The position numbers were made by a program, and so were the translations under genes. A stretch of 55,391 bases of DNA from Promethearchaeota archaeon. Lineage in GTDB: Archaea > Asgardarchaeota > Lokiarchaeia > Sigyniarchaeales > SOKP01. Shown here piece after piece: positions 9,638-19,086 of this stretch; position 1 is the stretch's first letter; each line of letters begins with the position of its first letter. The notes below the pieces were generated by a model, which ran no database searches, was not told the origin of the DNA, and saw only the letters and a list, made by a program, of their open reading frames with translations. Location of the stretch: contig RDOA01000020.1 of the NCBI GenBank assembly GCA_011364925.1, positions 1 to 55,391 on the forward strand, given 5' to 3'.

Positions 9638-10241
9638 TATTTTCCCCTAAATCGTTTGTTAATAGATTATTACAGTTAAAACAGTATTTAGGAATAGAAT
9701 CGAATTGAGTACCGCATTTAGGACATGCAATTCTATTAAGAGATTCGATCTGTTCTAAATTTTCTATAGCTGCTTTTTTTCCATGACTTGTAATGAATTT
9801 TAAAATTAATGAAAGTACAATAGAAATAATAATTACAGATAGCCCCAATATAACAGTTCGAATAATAAATGTAGGAAAAAGAGCGTTAAAATACGTTTCA
9901 GAATATCTCCAATAAAAAACATAAAAAAAGAAGTTAGGAAAAAAGAATGTGGTTAAATTCATGGAATAAGCCTTCTTATAATCTCTAAAAATAAGAATTG
10001 GAATTAAAGATACTGTTATCCAAGTTAAATAGATATATATTAAACCAAAGTTATTGTTATACAGAACCATATTTGCTAAAAATTGAATTATAAATTGTTG
10101 TTCAGCTGCTCTAGGGTCTACACTTAATTCAAATTCAATTTGAAACTCGTAATTAAAAGATATTATAAAGAATATTAATAGAAGTATTTGAATGCAAAAA
10201 AGCACTAATTTACTTTTAAAAACATTCTTAATCTTCATCAT
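9621..10241 (-). CDS. Four-helix membrane protein with C-terminal zinc ribbon
   Basis: Hydrophobic segments followed by CPKCG...YCFNC; stop overlaps start of next gene. Confidence 0.75.
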   Translation of the reverse strand: MMKIKNVFKSKLVLFCIQILLLIFFIISFNYEFQIEFELSVDPRAAEQQFIIQFLANMVLYNNNFGLIYIYLTWITVSLIPILIFRDYKKAYSMNLTTFFFPNFFFYVFYWRYSETYFNALFPTFIIRTVILGLSVIIISIVLSLILKFITSHGKKAAIENLEQIESLNRIACPKCGTQFDSIPKYCFNCNNLLTNDLGENIGKAK

Positions 10242-10427
10242 TAAATGAGTAAATCCATCATTTTATTATAATGCCTGTTATAGATTAATAAAAGAAAGGA
10301 TAAAAAAATGCCTAATTCGAAAAATTTTTAATAATTGCTTGTTTATACTCCTTATAGTGCAAAACTTGTTAACTTATTCTTTATCGCTTTATCCTATTAG
10401 TTTAATTTATGAGGTAGTTTTAGGTTT

Positions 10428-13349
10428 ATGAGTTATTCCTTTAGTCGTACGAAATTAATTGAAAAAATCAAATTCGGATTGCTTAGTCCCGATGAGATTA
10501 GAAAAATGTCTGCTGCGAGAATTATCACCGCAGATACTTATGATGAAGATGGTTTACCAATCCCAAGTGGGCTGATGGATCAACGATTAGGAACTATCGA
10601 GCCTGGTCAGAGATGCCAAACCTGTGGAAATCTTGTTAGTAATTGTATGGGTCATTTCGGTCACATAGAATTAGCTCGTCCGGTTATCCACGTTGGTTAC
10701 GCGAAGAAGGTCCTAAAAGTTCTAAGAAGCATATGTCCGGAATGCTCACGATTGATGCTGACTGAAGAGGAAATGGAAACCTTCAGACAAGAACAGTTAA
10801 AACACCAGAAACTATTTTTTGAGGGGGACGAGGATGCAACTAAAATCGTGTTTAAACGCGCAAGAAAAAGTAAACTCTGCCCTTATTGTGGAGCTAAAAA
10901 GAAAAAGATTGTTATTGAAAAACCTACTACTTTTTATGAAGAGGAAGAGGCAAAAGGGTCGAGAAGAATTACTCCAATTGAGATACTAGAGCGCCTTGTC
11001 AAAATGACTGACAATGATCTTAGAATTCTTGGAGTATCTCCCGAAAATGCAAGGCTTGAATGGGTTATATTTACAGTGTTACCAATTCCCCCGGTATGTG
11101 CAAGACCTTCTATTACATTAGATAGTGGAATTAGATCTGAAGACGATTTAACTCACAAATTAGTAGATGTTATCCGAATAAATCAAAGATTGAGAGAAAA
11201 TATCGACGCTGGAGCTCCGCACTTAATTGTAGAAGATTTGTGGGAACTACTCCAGTATCATATCACTACTTATTTTGATAACCAAGTGTCAGGAATTCCT
11301 CCTGCGCGACATCGCTCCGGAAGGGCGTTAAGAACACTTACCCAAAGACTAAAAGGGAAAGAAGGAAGGTTTCGAAGTAATTTAAGTGGGAAGAGAGTCG
11401 ATTTCTCTGCTCGTTCTGTGATATCACCTAATCCATTTATAAGTATTAACGAAGTAGGTGTTCCAATCGAAATCGCTAAAATTTTAACTATTCCTACTAA
11501 TATTAACGATTGGAACATCGAAGAAATGAAGCAACTCGTTTTAAACGGTCCATTCAATCATCCAGGAGCAAATTACATTATTCGAAACGATCGAAGAAGG
11601 ATTGACCTACGTTACGTTAAAAATCGCCAGATTATCGCTGAAATGCTCGCTCCGGGATATACTGTAGAACGACATTTAGCAAATGGTGATTTAGTCTTAT
11701 TTAATCGGCAACCTTCTCTTCATCGAATGTCTATTATGGCACATGAAGTAAAAATTATGGATGGAAGAACCTTCAGATTAAACCTAACGGTCTGCCCTCC
11801 TTATAACGCTGATTTTGATGGTGACGAAATGAATCTCCATGTCCCACAAAGTGAGGAAGCACGGACTGAAGCCGAATTACTCCTAAAAGTTCAAGAACAC
11901 ATATTATCTCCAAGATTTGGTGGTCCGATACTGGGGGGAATTCAAGATTTTATTTCTTCTGTTTTTCAATTTACAAGTTTAGATTCTTTATATAATAGAA
12001 AAGATGCATTTAAGTTATTATACTTAGGTGATGTTTTTACTACTAAACCCAATTTTAGTTTAGACGATATTGAACCCATAAAAACAGATCCTGAACCCTA
12101 TTATTCAGGTAAGCAGCTTTTTAGCACTCTATTTCCAGATGATTTGAATATTAAAGTCAAATCTAAATTTTGCAAGAAATGTGAGGTATGTAAGGAAGAA
12201 GATTGCGAATACGATGCGTATGTCGTAATTAAAAATGGGGTGTTAATAACTGGAACAATCGACGAAAATTCGTTTGGGGCCATGCAGTCCAATAGTATTT
12301 TGCAAAGAATTATTAAGGATCATGGTAATGCTCGTGGAAGACAATTTTTAGATAACTCAACGAAAATGCTACTCTATGTTATCCGTCAAAATGGAATGAC
12401 AATGGGTTTAGATGAGGTATATGTTCATGGTGAAGCTTATGATAAAATCCAACAGATTCTTCACGACGCTGATATTGAAGCGGATAAGTTAATCAAAGCG
12501 TATAATGAAAACGATACAACCATATTAAGAAGGGCTCCTGGGCGTTCAATGCGTGAAACTCTTGAACTTAGGATTCGTCAAGTGCTCGCTGAAGCACGTA
12601 AAATGGCCGAAGAAACAGCAGCTCACTATATCGGAGACGAAGCTCATTCTGTAATTATGACCAAGTCAGGAGCAAGAGGTAATATTTTAAACTTAGGACA
12701 AATGTCTGCTGTTGTTGGTCAACAGGCGATACGAGGTGAAAGAATCAACAGAGGATACAGTTCGCGAACACTTCCCCATTTCAAAGTGAACGATTTAACT
12801 CCTCAAGCTCGTGGATTTGTTGAAAGTTCTTATCGTAAAGGTTTAAATCCAGAAGAATTCTTCTTCCATGCTATGGGCGGAAGAGAAGGCCTTGTGGATA
12901 CTGCTGTCCGAACATCGACAAGCGGATACATGCAGAGACGATTAGTAAACGCTTTACAAGATATGATAATTGAAAACGATGGAACCGTTCGAAACAGCGA
13001 CAAAAATATCATTCAGTTCCGTTATGGTGACGATGGTGTTGATCCAATGCATACGGATCATTCTGACGCAGTAAATCTTGAAGTTTTATTACTTAAAGCT
13101 AAAGCGCTTGATTTAAACGAAATTAGGCAAGAAATTAAAAAAACTCCCGAATCCTCAGATAAGAAAACCAAAACCAAAAAACTTGTAGAGGAAGCACCTA
13201 AAGAAAAGCCTGTTAAAAAAGAAAAAAAACAAGATCTAAGTGAAGAAGCATTAAGGGAGTTGTACAATAAAGAAACAGGAAAGAACGCAGAATGGAGAGG
13301 AAAACTCACTAAAGGATATCTTGAATGGAAGGAAGAAAAATTAAGTTGA
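10428..13349 (+). CDS. rpoA1: DNA-directed RNA polymerase subunit A' (Rpo1N), with C-terminal extension
   Basis: NADFDGDEMN active site, C.GHFGHIEL, GKRVDFSAR, GGREGLVDTA. Confidence 0.99.
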   Translation: MSYSFSRTKLIEKIKFGLLSPDEIRKMSAARIITADTYDEDGLPIPSGLMDQRLGTIEPGQRCQTCGNLVSNCMGHFGHIELARPVIHVGYAKKVLKVLRSICPECSRLMLTEEEMETFRQEQLKHQKLFFEGDEDATKIVFKRARKSKLCPYCGAKKKKIVIEKPTTFYEEEEAKGSRRITPIEILERLVKMTDNDLRILGVSPENARLEWVIFTVLPIPPVCARPSITLDSGIRSEDDLTHKLVDVIRINQRLRENIDAGAPHLIVEDLWELLQYHITTYFDNQVSGIPPARHRSGRALRTLTQRLKGKEGRFRSNLSGKRVDFSARSVISPNPFISINEVGVPIEIAKILTIPTNINDWNIEEMKQLVLNGPFNHPGANYIIRNDRRRIDLRYVKNRQIIAEMLAPGYTVERHLANGDLVLFNRQPSLHRMSIMAHEVKIMDGRTFRLNLTVCPPYNADFDGDEMNLHVPQSEEARTEAELLLKVQEHILSPRFGGPILGGIQDFISSVFQFTSLDSLYNRKDAFKLLYLGDVFTTKPNFSLDDIEPIKTDPEPYYSGKQLFSTLFPDDLNIKVKSKFCKKCEVCKEEDCEYDAYVVIKNGVLITGTIDENSFGAMQSNSILQRIIKDHGNARGRQFLDNSTKMLLYVIRQNGMTMGLDEVYVHGEAYDKIQQILHDADIEADKLIKAYNENDTTILRRAPGRSMRETLELRIRQVLAEARKMAEETAAHYIGDEAHSVIMTKSGARGNILNLGQMSAVVGQQAIRGERINRGYSSRTLPHFKVNDLTPQARGFVESSYRKGLNPEEFFFHAMGGREGLVDTAVRTSTSGYMQRRLVNALQDMIIENDGTVRNSDKNIIQFRYGDDGVDPMHTDHSDAVNLEVLLLKAKALDLNEIRQEIKKTPESSDKKTKTKKLVEEAPKEKPVKKEKKQDLSEEALRELYNKETGKNAEWRGKLTKGYLEWKEEKLS

Positions 13350-13369
13350 ATTTATAACGAAATTTTAGG

Positions 13370-14578
13370 TTGAAGAAAATGGGAAAAGTAACTCAACAAA
13401 TATTGGAAAAGAACTTGCAAGAATTAAGAGAAGATGGAATTCCCGAGGATCTAATCGAACAAATACGAAATCGCGTTAAAGATGAAGATTTAGAAGAAGA
13501 ACAACTAGAATACCTTTTAAATAAGATTTACATCAATTTTAACAATGCAGTGGTTGAAACGAACGAACCTGTAGGAACCGTTGCTGCTCAAAGTATTGGC
13601 GAACCAGGGACACAGATGACCTTGAGGACTTTTCATTACGCAGGAGTTGAAGAATTCTCAGTAACGCAAGGACTACCCAGACTTATAGAAATAGTTGATG
13701 CACGAAGATTTCCTAGTACGCCTCAGCAAACGATATATTTGGAAGAACCATACAATCAGAGTGAAGAAAAAGCACTTGAAGTGCATAGAAGAATCGAGCA
13801 AATTCGGATCGAACAAATTACTCACGATGTCGATTTAGATTTTGTTAATTGGCACATCATCATCAATTTAATTCCTGATATTTGCGAAAAAAAGGGAATC
13901 GACATCGAAATAATACCAGAAATCTTAAAAAGATATAAGAAAAAGGGGACAATCAAACGAGAAGGAAACGCGATAATAATTGACCCCCAAATTGAAGATC
14001 TTCAAAACCTTCAAAAGTTAAGAGAAAAAATCCTCAAAAAAGTTGTAAAAGGCGTAAGAGGAATTAAAAGAGGATTGCTAACTCCAACTGACGATAAAAA
14101 GGAATGGGTTATTAAGACTGAAGGGACAAATATGCAAGGAGTCGTTCAAATTGAAGGAGTAGACACTACTCGAACGGTTTCAAACCATATCCACGAGATT
14201 GAAAAGCTTTATGGCATCGAAGCTGCGAGAAATATGATCATTAAAGAGTCTCAAAAGGTGTTAGAACAACAAGGATTAGATGTCGATCAAAGACATTTAA
14301 TTATCTTGTCCGATTTAATGTGTGTTGAAGGTTCAATTCAATCAATTGGTAGGCATGGTATATCAGGATCTAAGTCAAGTGTGTTTGCTAGAGCTGCTTT
14401 CGAAGTGACCGTGAATCAATTATTGGACGCGGGTTTATATGGTGAGGAAGAGCGCTTATTAGGAATCCCCGAGAATGTAATCATCGGACAAGTGACTCCT
14501 ATTGGTACGGGTCGTGTAAGCGTGCAATTCGACTTGGACGCTAATCTAAAGATATTAGAACAGTTAAGAAAAGAATAG
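13370..14578 (+). CDS. rpoA2: DNA-directed RNA polymerase subunit A'' (Rpo1C)
   Basis: [35 protein letters not shown]; start may be ATG at 13379. Confidence 0.98.
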   Translation: MKKMGKVTQQILEKNLQELREDGIPEDLIEQIRNRVKDEDLEEEQLEYLLNKIYINFNNAVVETNEPVGTVAAQSIGEPGTQMTLRTFHYAGVEEFSVTQGLPRLIEIVDARRFPSTPQQTIYLEEPYNQSEEKALEVHRRIEQIRIEQITHDVDLDFVNWHIIINLIPDICEKKGIDIEIIPEILKRYKKKGTIKREGNAIIIDPQIEDLQNLQKLREKILKKVVKGVRGIKRGLLTPTDDKKEWVIKTEGTNMQGVVQIEGVDTTRTVSNHIHEIEKLYGIEAARNMIIKESQKVLEQQGLDVDQRHLIILSDLMCVEGSIQSIGRHGISGSKSSVFARAAFEVTVNQLLDAGLYGEEERLLGIPENVIIGQVTPIGTGRVSVQFDLDANLKILEQLRKE

Positions 14579-14713
14579 GAACATATTAATAATTCTAATC
14601 CTTTTTTTAAAAATTAATAAGAAATAGGAGAACAAGCGATAAAATTTTATATTATTGTGTATTTTTATAATCAGTTATTCTTGAAATTAAAATCAGATAC
14701 TTAAGTTGAGACG

Positions 14714-15088
14714 ATGGCAAGGAAAAGCAAGAAGATAAGCGAATCAATCGATTTATCTCGCAAGAAAGTAAAAGAATTTGATATTGATAACAATATCAAA
14801 GTTGCGTATAAGACTGGTAAATTGATCTATGGTCATTCACAAGTCTTAAGGCAAGTTAGACGAGATCCTTTTAAAATGATAATAATCTCTAATAATTGTC
14901 CGGATGAACTAGAAACCCAATTGAGATATTACAACTCGCTTATTAATAATCGTATTTTTATACACAAATACCAAGGTTCTTCATGGGATTTAGGACTAGC
15001 AATGGGTAAACCTTATATGATTTCCGTAATTGGAATAAACGACTTTGGAGATTCGGACTTAATGAGCCTAAAGACTAAAAATAATTAA
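14714..15088 (+). CDS. rpl30e: 50S ribosomal protein L30e
   Basis: KTGK...G, NNCP, G...DLG.A.GKPY, GDSD; canonical position after rpoA''. Confidence 0.95.
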   Translation: MARKSKKISESIDLSRKKVKEFDIDNNIKVAYKTGKLIYGHSQVLRQVRRDPFKMIIISNNCPDELETQLRYYNSLINNRIFIHKYQGSSWDLGLAMGKPYMISVIGINDFGDSDLMSLKTKNN

Positions 15089-15109
15089 TAACTAAGTTGA
15101 ACATGTAGC

Positions 15110-15583
15110 ATGCTACGAAAAAACATTAAATTTGACAGACAATCAATGGAATTAATATCGCTCTTCAACAATATATCTGGTGCAATAATAAAAGATTGCT
15201 ATATATTTCAATCTCCAGAAAACAATTCTGATATAATAATATTCTTAGTGAAGAAGGAAGACATAGGCAAAGCAATAGGAAAAGCTGGAGAACACGTAAA
15301 GGATCTGATGTCTAAACTTCAAAAGAAAATTGATGTTATCCCATGGTCAGACAACCTCGATCAATTCATCCAATTTATTTTAAACACTACCAAGAATTCA
15401 ATTCAAATCCAGAATATTGAAATTAAGGAAAGTCGAAATGAAAAGAAGACCGTAATTATCTCCGTAAGACCTCAAGATCGTGGGAAAGCCATAGGTAAAG
15501 AAGGCTCCATGATACGGAAGATAAAGGAGCTCGTCTTACGTCATTTCGAAGTGGATAACGTTATTATCAATACAAAAAATTGA
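15110..15583 (+). CDS. nusA: Archaeal NusA (two KH domains)
   Basis: Two GKAIGK.G KH motifs; operon position. Confidence 0.95.
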   Translation: MLRKNIKFDRQSMELISLFNNISGAIIKDCYIFQSPENNSDIIIFLVKKEDIGKAIGKAGEHVKDLMSKLQKKIDVIPWSDNLDQFIQFILNTTKNSIQIQNIEIKESRNEKKTVIISVRPQDRGKAIGKEGSMIRKIKELVLRHFEVDNVIINTKN

Positions 15584-15771
15584 ATCTGGTTAATCTTTCG
15601 AATTCTTTATTAGTTTTGGTTATAATTCACACTTTTTTTAAACTCTAAATCTAAATTCTTATCAAAAATTACCTTCCTAATTTTACAAATTCAAAAATTT
15701 TAAGTTCTAAGGAAGATATTAAGGTATATCTCAACTAGATAATTTTCAAATATTATAAAAATTGAACTTTT

Positions 15772-16206
15772 ATGGCCAAGCCTAAAGGACTTTATGCGGC
15801 AAGAAAACTACGCAATAACCGAAAGAAGCTTAAATGGAGCAAGACTAAATACAAAAGGAAAAAACTTAAATTAAAACAAAGAGTTGATCCAATGGAAGGT
15901 GCTCCTCAAGCATTAGGAATTGTACTTCAAAAAGTAGGAAGAGAAAGCAAACAACCTAATTCAGCTATTAGAAAATGCGTCCGTGTTCAGTTAAAAAAGA
16001 ATGGGAAAGGTATCACTGCCTTTCTTCCAGGAGACGGTGCTCTTAACTTTATTGAAGAACATGATAGAGTAGTCGTAGAGGGAATTGGTGGAGCAAAAGG
16101 ACGTGCGGTAGGAGATCTTCCAGGTGTACGATGGCGTGTGGTAAAAGTAAACGGTGTAAGCTTAGAGGCGCTAATATCCGGAAAAAAAGAGAAGCCATTG
16201 AGATAG
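15772..16206 (+). CDS. rps12: 30S ribosomal protein S12 (uS12)
   Basis: [22 protein letters not shown]. Confidence 0.99.
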   Translation: MAKPKGLYAARKLRNNRKKLKWSKTKYKRKKLKLKQRVDPMEGAPQALGIVLQKVGRESKQPNSAIRKCVRVQLKKNGKGITAFLPGDGALNFIEEHDRVVVEGIGGAKGRAVGDLPGVRWRVVKVNGVSLEALISGKKEKPLR

Positions 16207-16216
16207 GGGTTGTAAG

Positions 16217-16834
16217 ATGAGTAAAACGAAGCAAGAAATTAACCTTTTTAATAAATGGACTTACGAAAACATTGAAATTAAAGATTGGACCTTAGAAAAG
16301 TATATTAACTTAAAACCGGTTATAATTCCTCATACAGCAGGAAGACATGAGCATAAACGATTTTGGAAAAGTTCTAAAATATCTATCATAGAGCGTTTTG
16401 TAAATAGATTACTAGCACCGGGTTTTATTGGGAGTAAAATCAAAGGACATAAAAGTTCTTATAGTTCTGGAAAGAAGAGTAAACTTTTAGGAAATATAGA
16501 AAATGCTTTTACCTTACTAGAATTAAATACAGGCGAAAATCCCATTCAAGTTTTAGTAGACGCGATTTGCAACGCAGCACCTAGAGAAGAAGTCACAAGG
16601 ATCGCAATGGGAGGTATATCGTATTCTTCTGCCGTAGATGTTTCACCCCAACGTAGAGTTGACTTAGCAATTAAATATCTAGTTCAAGCTATCGGTTCAA
16701 GCTCCCATTCTGGTGAGCGAGCTTTCGCGATAAACATTTCTCGGGAATTAGCTTTAGCTGCACAAGATAACATTGAATCTAAGGCCATAAAAAGAAAAGA
16801 CGAGATTGAGAGAATAGCGGTTTCAGCACGTTAA
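16217..16834 (+). CDS. rps7: 30S ribosomal protein S7 (uS7)
   Basis: NPIQVLV.AI.NAAPREE, VDVSPQRRVD, ERIA.SAR. Confidence 0.99.
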   Translation: MSKTKQEINLFNKWTYENIEIKDWTLEKYINLKPVIIPHTAGRHEHKRFWKSSKISIIERFVNRLLAPGFIGSKIKGHKSSYSSGKKSKLLGNIENAFTLLELNTGENPIQVLVDAICNAAPREEVTRIAMGGISYSSAVDVSPQRRVDLAIKYLVQAIGSSSHSGERAFAINISRELALAAQDNIESKAIKRKDEIERIAVSAR

Positions 16835-17129
16835 AATCTTTTCAAGATATTGATTTAAGACATTTTTCACACTTCCTTTATTGATATTAATGTTTTCCAA
16901 TCGTTTTTCTCAGTTAATTTGATTGATAAACGCCTAAAATTTAAAATTAAAAGAGAAACATAGAAAATGTGGTCTCAAAACATAAAAAATAGAAGTTACA
17001 TATTGAGATATCACTTACATAATACCTCATATTATTTAGGGCTGAAAAAATTCCTAATTCTTAAATATTTTTAAATTCTAATATTTAGTTAAGCAGACTT
17101 AATGATAATTAAGGGTTCCTTTATATAAA

Positions 17130-19076
17130 TTGAGTTCCGACAAAAATCAAGATCTATTAGAAAAGCAACTTAAAACACTAGGTCAAAAAATAAGAATTGA
17201 CATTTTAAAAAAGTTAAGTCTAACTAGCGATCCTTTACCCTATTCATCGCTGCAAAAGGAAGTATTGGGAACAAATCCAAATTCCATAAATTTTTCATTT
17301 CATTTAAAAGCGTTAAAAAATAGCGTTCTAATAGAATCATCTGATAATGGCTATATGTTAAGTCTTCTTGGGAAACAGATTTTAAAGAACATTGTGTCTA
17401 TTGAACAAATCCTTAATAATAATAATAAGACAGTAATGATTAGGACTTCTAAATACTCAAAGGAACCATTTGATGTTAATAAAATCGAAGAATATTTGAT
17501 CAAGGAAGGAGAAGTAGAAAAAAGCGAAGCAGAACAAATCGCAAGGGAGGTCGAAGAACGTTTATCAAAAACAAACATTAATTATTTAACAGCGCCCTTG
17601 ATGAGGGAATACATTAATGTTATTTTATTAGAAAATGGTCAAGAAGAAATTAGGCACAAATTAACGAGATTAGGTACCCCTCCTTTTGACGTGCATAAAA
17701 GTTTTGATAACTCTTTATTAGGTCCCGAGCAGTTTCTCTCAAAATTAGGATCAGATGTATCTGAGCAATTTTTACTCTTAAATTTAATTCCTAAAAACTT
17801 AGCTGATCTTTACTTATCTGGAGATATTGCCCTACTTAATCTAAATTACTGGAGTTTAAGACCTTTAGCACTACTGTTGGATACAAAAGCAATTGTAAAT
17901 TATGTTCAAGATCGATATTCGATAAATGGGGAGAAAAGTAACCTTAAAGTAAACAATATCAGGTTAATAACACATTTCTTCGACACTCTTGCTATGATGA
18001 GCCCTTACTTCTCCGAAGATATATTACTTTGTAACTTTTCCGAAATGTTAGTGGCTCTTCAAAATTGTAATGGACAGGGTTCACAACTTCTAAAAATTCT
18101 AATGTCACAACTTTTCAATCATAACAGACATCCATACGACGTAAAATCCCACCTATCCCTTGAAATTTCCAATCACGATGTTTTTTTTGATGAGATATTT
18201 AACCAAATCGATACAAGTGAGGAGCCTATTGCTCCGTTGATCTTATTTGATTTTAATAAACTTAATACTACTAACAGTTCATACAATCTCTTTATCCAGA
18301 ATATAAAATTAGGTAATTGTCGTAATTTTATCTTCTATAATAAGAAAAAGTCAAGTTTACTTAATTCTACGCATATTAATGCCACCAATTCAAATGGTGA
18401 TAAAACTATAGAAAATAGAATCGTTTTGGATAAAATTTTAATAAATTTACATAAGATTGCTGAAGATTCTAATCAAGATGATGCTAAATACTTTGAAAAG
18501 CTACAGAAAAAACTCGATTCTGTTTTTACCCTCTTCTCTTATAAGAAGGAATTAGTAAGTCGTAAGTTGAAATCCTCAAATCGATGGAAAAGAATAATTT
18601 CTGCCTTTTTTCAATCTGACGACGCTAAATTTTTTAACAATGCGTTAAAATCTGTCAGCTTTTTTGGCTTTAATGAAGCAATTAAAACTCATTGTGGTAT
18701 CGAGATTGATAGAATTGAACCAAGTGAGTCATTTGCGTTGAAAGTTTTAGATTTTATGGGAAAATTAATTGAAGAAAAAAACCAGGACGAAAGTGAAAAT
18801 TTTGTCTTAACTCAACCTCATTACGATTCTTATTTATACGATGCGTGGCACAACACTCAACATAATTTAAATGATACAGCTGATCAATACAGTATTAATA
18901 TTGTCAGAGGTGATTCGAAAGCGCCACTCAATAGAAAAATTGAGTTATACAGTAAATTTGGGAAACTCCTTAGAGGAGGAAGCTTATTTACATCAGGAAT
19001 CGATAAAAAATCTGTCGAGGATCAACTGGATGTTTTAATAAAATCAAAAATAAATGCATTTCAATTAAAAATTTAA
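17130..19076 (+). CDS. Winged-HTH + ATP-cone + degenerate class III ribonucleotide reductase (NrdD-like) fusion
   Basis: R..IL..L...PLPYSSLQ...FSFHLKAL..S.LI (ArsR-like wHTH); VMIRTS...EPFD..KI...L..E...YLTAPLMRE (ATP-cone); RHKLTRLG.P, INL.KIA, GFNEA, GG motifs of NrdD; radical sites absent. Confidence 0.78.
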   Translation: MSSDKNQDLLEKQLKTLGQKIRIDILKKLSLTSDPLPYSSLQKEVLGTNPNSINFSFHLKALKNSVLIESSDNGYMLSLLGKQILKNIVSIEQILNNNNKTVMIRTSKYSKEPFDVNKIEEYLIKEGEVEKSEAEQIAREVEERLSKTNINYLTAPLMREYINVILLENGQEEIRHKLTRLGTPPFDVHKSFDNSLLGPEQFLSKLGSDVSEQFLLLNLIPKNLADLYLSGDIALLNLNYWSLRPLALLLDTKAIVNYVQDRYSINGEKSNLKVNNIRLITHFFDTLAMMSPYFSEDILLCNFSEMLVALQNCNGQGSQLLKILMSQLFNHNRHPYDVKSHLSLEISNHDVFFDEIFNQIDTSEEPIAPLILFDFNKLNTTNSSYNLFIQNIKLGNCRNFIFYNKKKSSLLNSTHINATNSNGDKTIENRIVLDKILINLHKIAEDSNQDDAKYFEKLQKKLDSVFTLFSYKKELVSRKLKSSNRWKRIISAFFQSDDAKFFNNALKSVSFFGFNEAIKTHCGIEIDRIEPSESFALKVLDFMGKLIEEKNQDESENFVLTQPHYDSYLYDAWHNTQHNLNDTADQYSINIVRGDSKAPLNRKIELYSKFGKLLRGGSLFTSGIDKKSVEDQLDVLIKSKINAFQLKI

Positions 19077-19086
19077 CTCAACAGTT

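Noticed and set aside
14714-14780. Basic N-terminal extension of L30e resembling eukaryotic eL30
   Set aside because: Short, low-complexity Lys-rich similarity that cannot be distinguished from convergence without an alignment
17130-19076. Annotating this ORF as an active anaerobic ribonucleotide reductase, or as a pseudogene
   Set aside because: It lacks the catalytic Cys loop, zinc site and glycyl-radical motif, yet has no frameshift or internal stop, and there is no room downstream for a missing fragment (pyrB ends 10 nt away)
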